Positions 6,621 through 7,997 of a stretch of DNA of 7,997 nt are shown one piece after another. Location of the stretch: positions 4,887-12,883 of the forward strand of contig NW_002061077.1 in the NCBI RefSeq assembly GCF_000150275.1, given 5' to 3'. Position 1 is the first letter of the stretch, and each line of letters opens with the position of its first letter. The position numbers were made by a program, and so were the translations under genes. The notes beneath the pieces were generated by a model. It did no database searches and had not been told where the DNA came from. It saw only the letters and a program-made list of their open reading frames with translations. Source of the DNA: Trichoplax adhaerens (Eukaryota > Animalia > Placozoa).

Positions 6621-7997
6621 TACTGCGAGTTCACGTGATGATCGCCAATTCCACTACATAATATCATTGACCTGTAGTTCTGGTTTTACTAGTAGAATAA
6701 TACTCTAGATACAAGTACTTAATAGTATAAAATATTACAAGAAACTGTATAGAGATTTTATAGTTTTCAATGTTAAAAGTAATTATCCAGTTGATTAGAC
6801 TCCCTCCAAACTAAACCCTCGATACGCCTAGACATAGCTTCTAGACAATTTATAGAACTAGCCAACAGTATACCATAGGCTTTTCAATACGCAAGAAAAT
6901 AACCAATTTAGCTCATACTGCAGCAGATATTATAATAGCAGATTTCTTTATTAACTTAATCCATATAGCGTCTTTCTACCATTTTGAAATTGCATCAACC
7001 GATTTTATTAGCAATGATGTATATATTAAAGTAATTATTTAACATGGCAGCAATGGAGTTGATATTAAGAACTGTAATGATAGAAGTACGATAATCGATG
7101 AATTACTTGAGTGAGCAAGTAAGAAGAGAAATCGAGAACAGATAAATGCTGGACAATCGTAGTAAAATGTCGAAACTTTCATTTATTAAGATTTTCTATG
7201 CAGTGCTAAAGATATTCTGGGAATTCAAGAGAGGAGTAATCTTCAATCTTGTTTAGAAAAATGTGAAGAGTATTATATAGACAATAATATCTAAACTTCA
7301 CATTTATTCTATCATCTAATCAACGTGTAAATTCAAAAAATTATATTATTGTTATGTATTAGTGGTAAACTGTAAAATTAATCCTTCAAATTATGAATTT
7401 AAGTACATGAGAGAAGTATTGTACCGCATACATCTTAAGTTGTACTGTGCTCTATGTATATATTAAGAACCATATACTATCGCTATGAAGCTAGTTTAAT
7501 ACAGAAGCGGCTGAGCTATCATGAGAAATGTAGTTATTTTCAATTAACAATCAGTATACAATTTCTTCGGTTGTATATTCGACTTCGTTACGAAGTTATT
7601 GTGATGAAAACCTCTCATTTCTAATCGTCACTTTTGATGTTTTTAATTCAGCGGAGAAAGCAATTCTACTATAAATTCAGACATATGTACTGTACATTGT
7701 GGAAACATCGGATAAAGTTAGTGGCGATAAGTTATTACTCTATTACAGGAGCGTATACAAATATTATTCATTTCTATTAGAAATAGACGCAATTTACAAT
7801 CAATGATGAGTCCATGTTAATTCTTAGCAACAAAACTTCCTTGATCACCAATCGTAGTGCTAATTTTATCATCTGTTATGAGAGCACATATTTTGAATAT
7901 TAATCAATCGAAATCATACGATGTGACATGTGTACTGTACTTTGACCGATTGAATAATTTCGACTTGGAATGATAGTAAGCACTACACCTATATCAA

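Overview
AT-rich (roughly 30% GC by eye) eukaryotic genomic DNA, most likely animal. The left half holds the last 12 coding exons (882-4249, + strand, 11 GT-AG introns of 92-396 nt) of an SLC6/NSS sodium:neurotransmitter symporter. The splice chain is in frame throughout and encodes about 536 aa, from TM2 to the stop. The exon encoding the N-terminus and TM1 is not in the window. The Na2 and Cl- ligands visible here are intact. However, several usually conserved substrate-pocket and gate residues are changed (TM3 YYN->NYV, TM6 [10 protein letters not shown]8 DSEMGG, TM10 gate Asp->Asn), and the protein ends in a class I PDZ ligand (ESTV). About 300 nt after the stop there is a ~1.19 kb satellite of 13 ~90-bp monomers, with an A/B ~180-bp dimeric higher-order structure and internal palindromes. 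Three introns and the intergenic region carry diverged ~95-210 bp tandem duplications. The right end has only weak exon-like fragments. Short introns, low GC and no obvious CpG depletion would fit a compact, unmethylated genome such as a placozoan, but that is inference. I found no CRISPR array, RNA gene or transposase.
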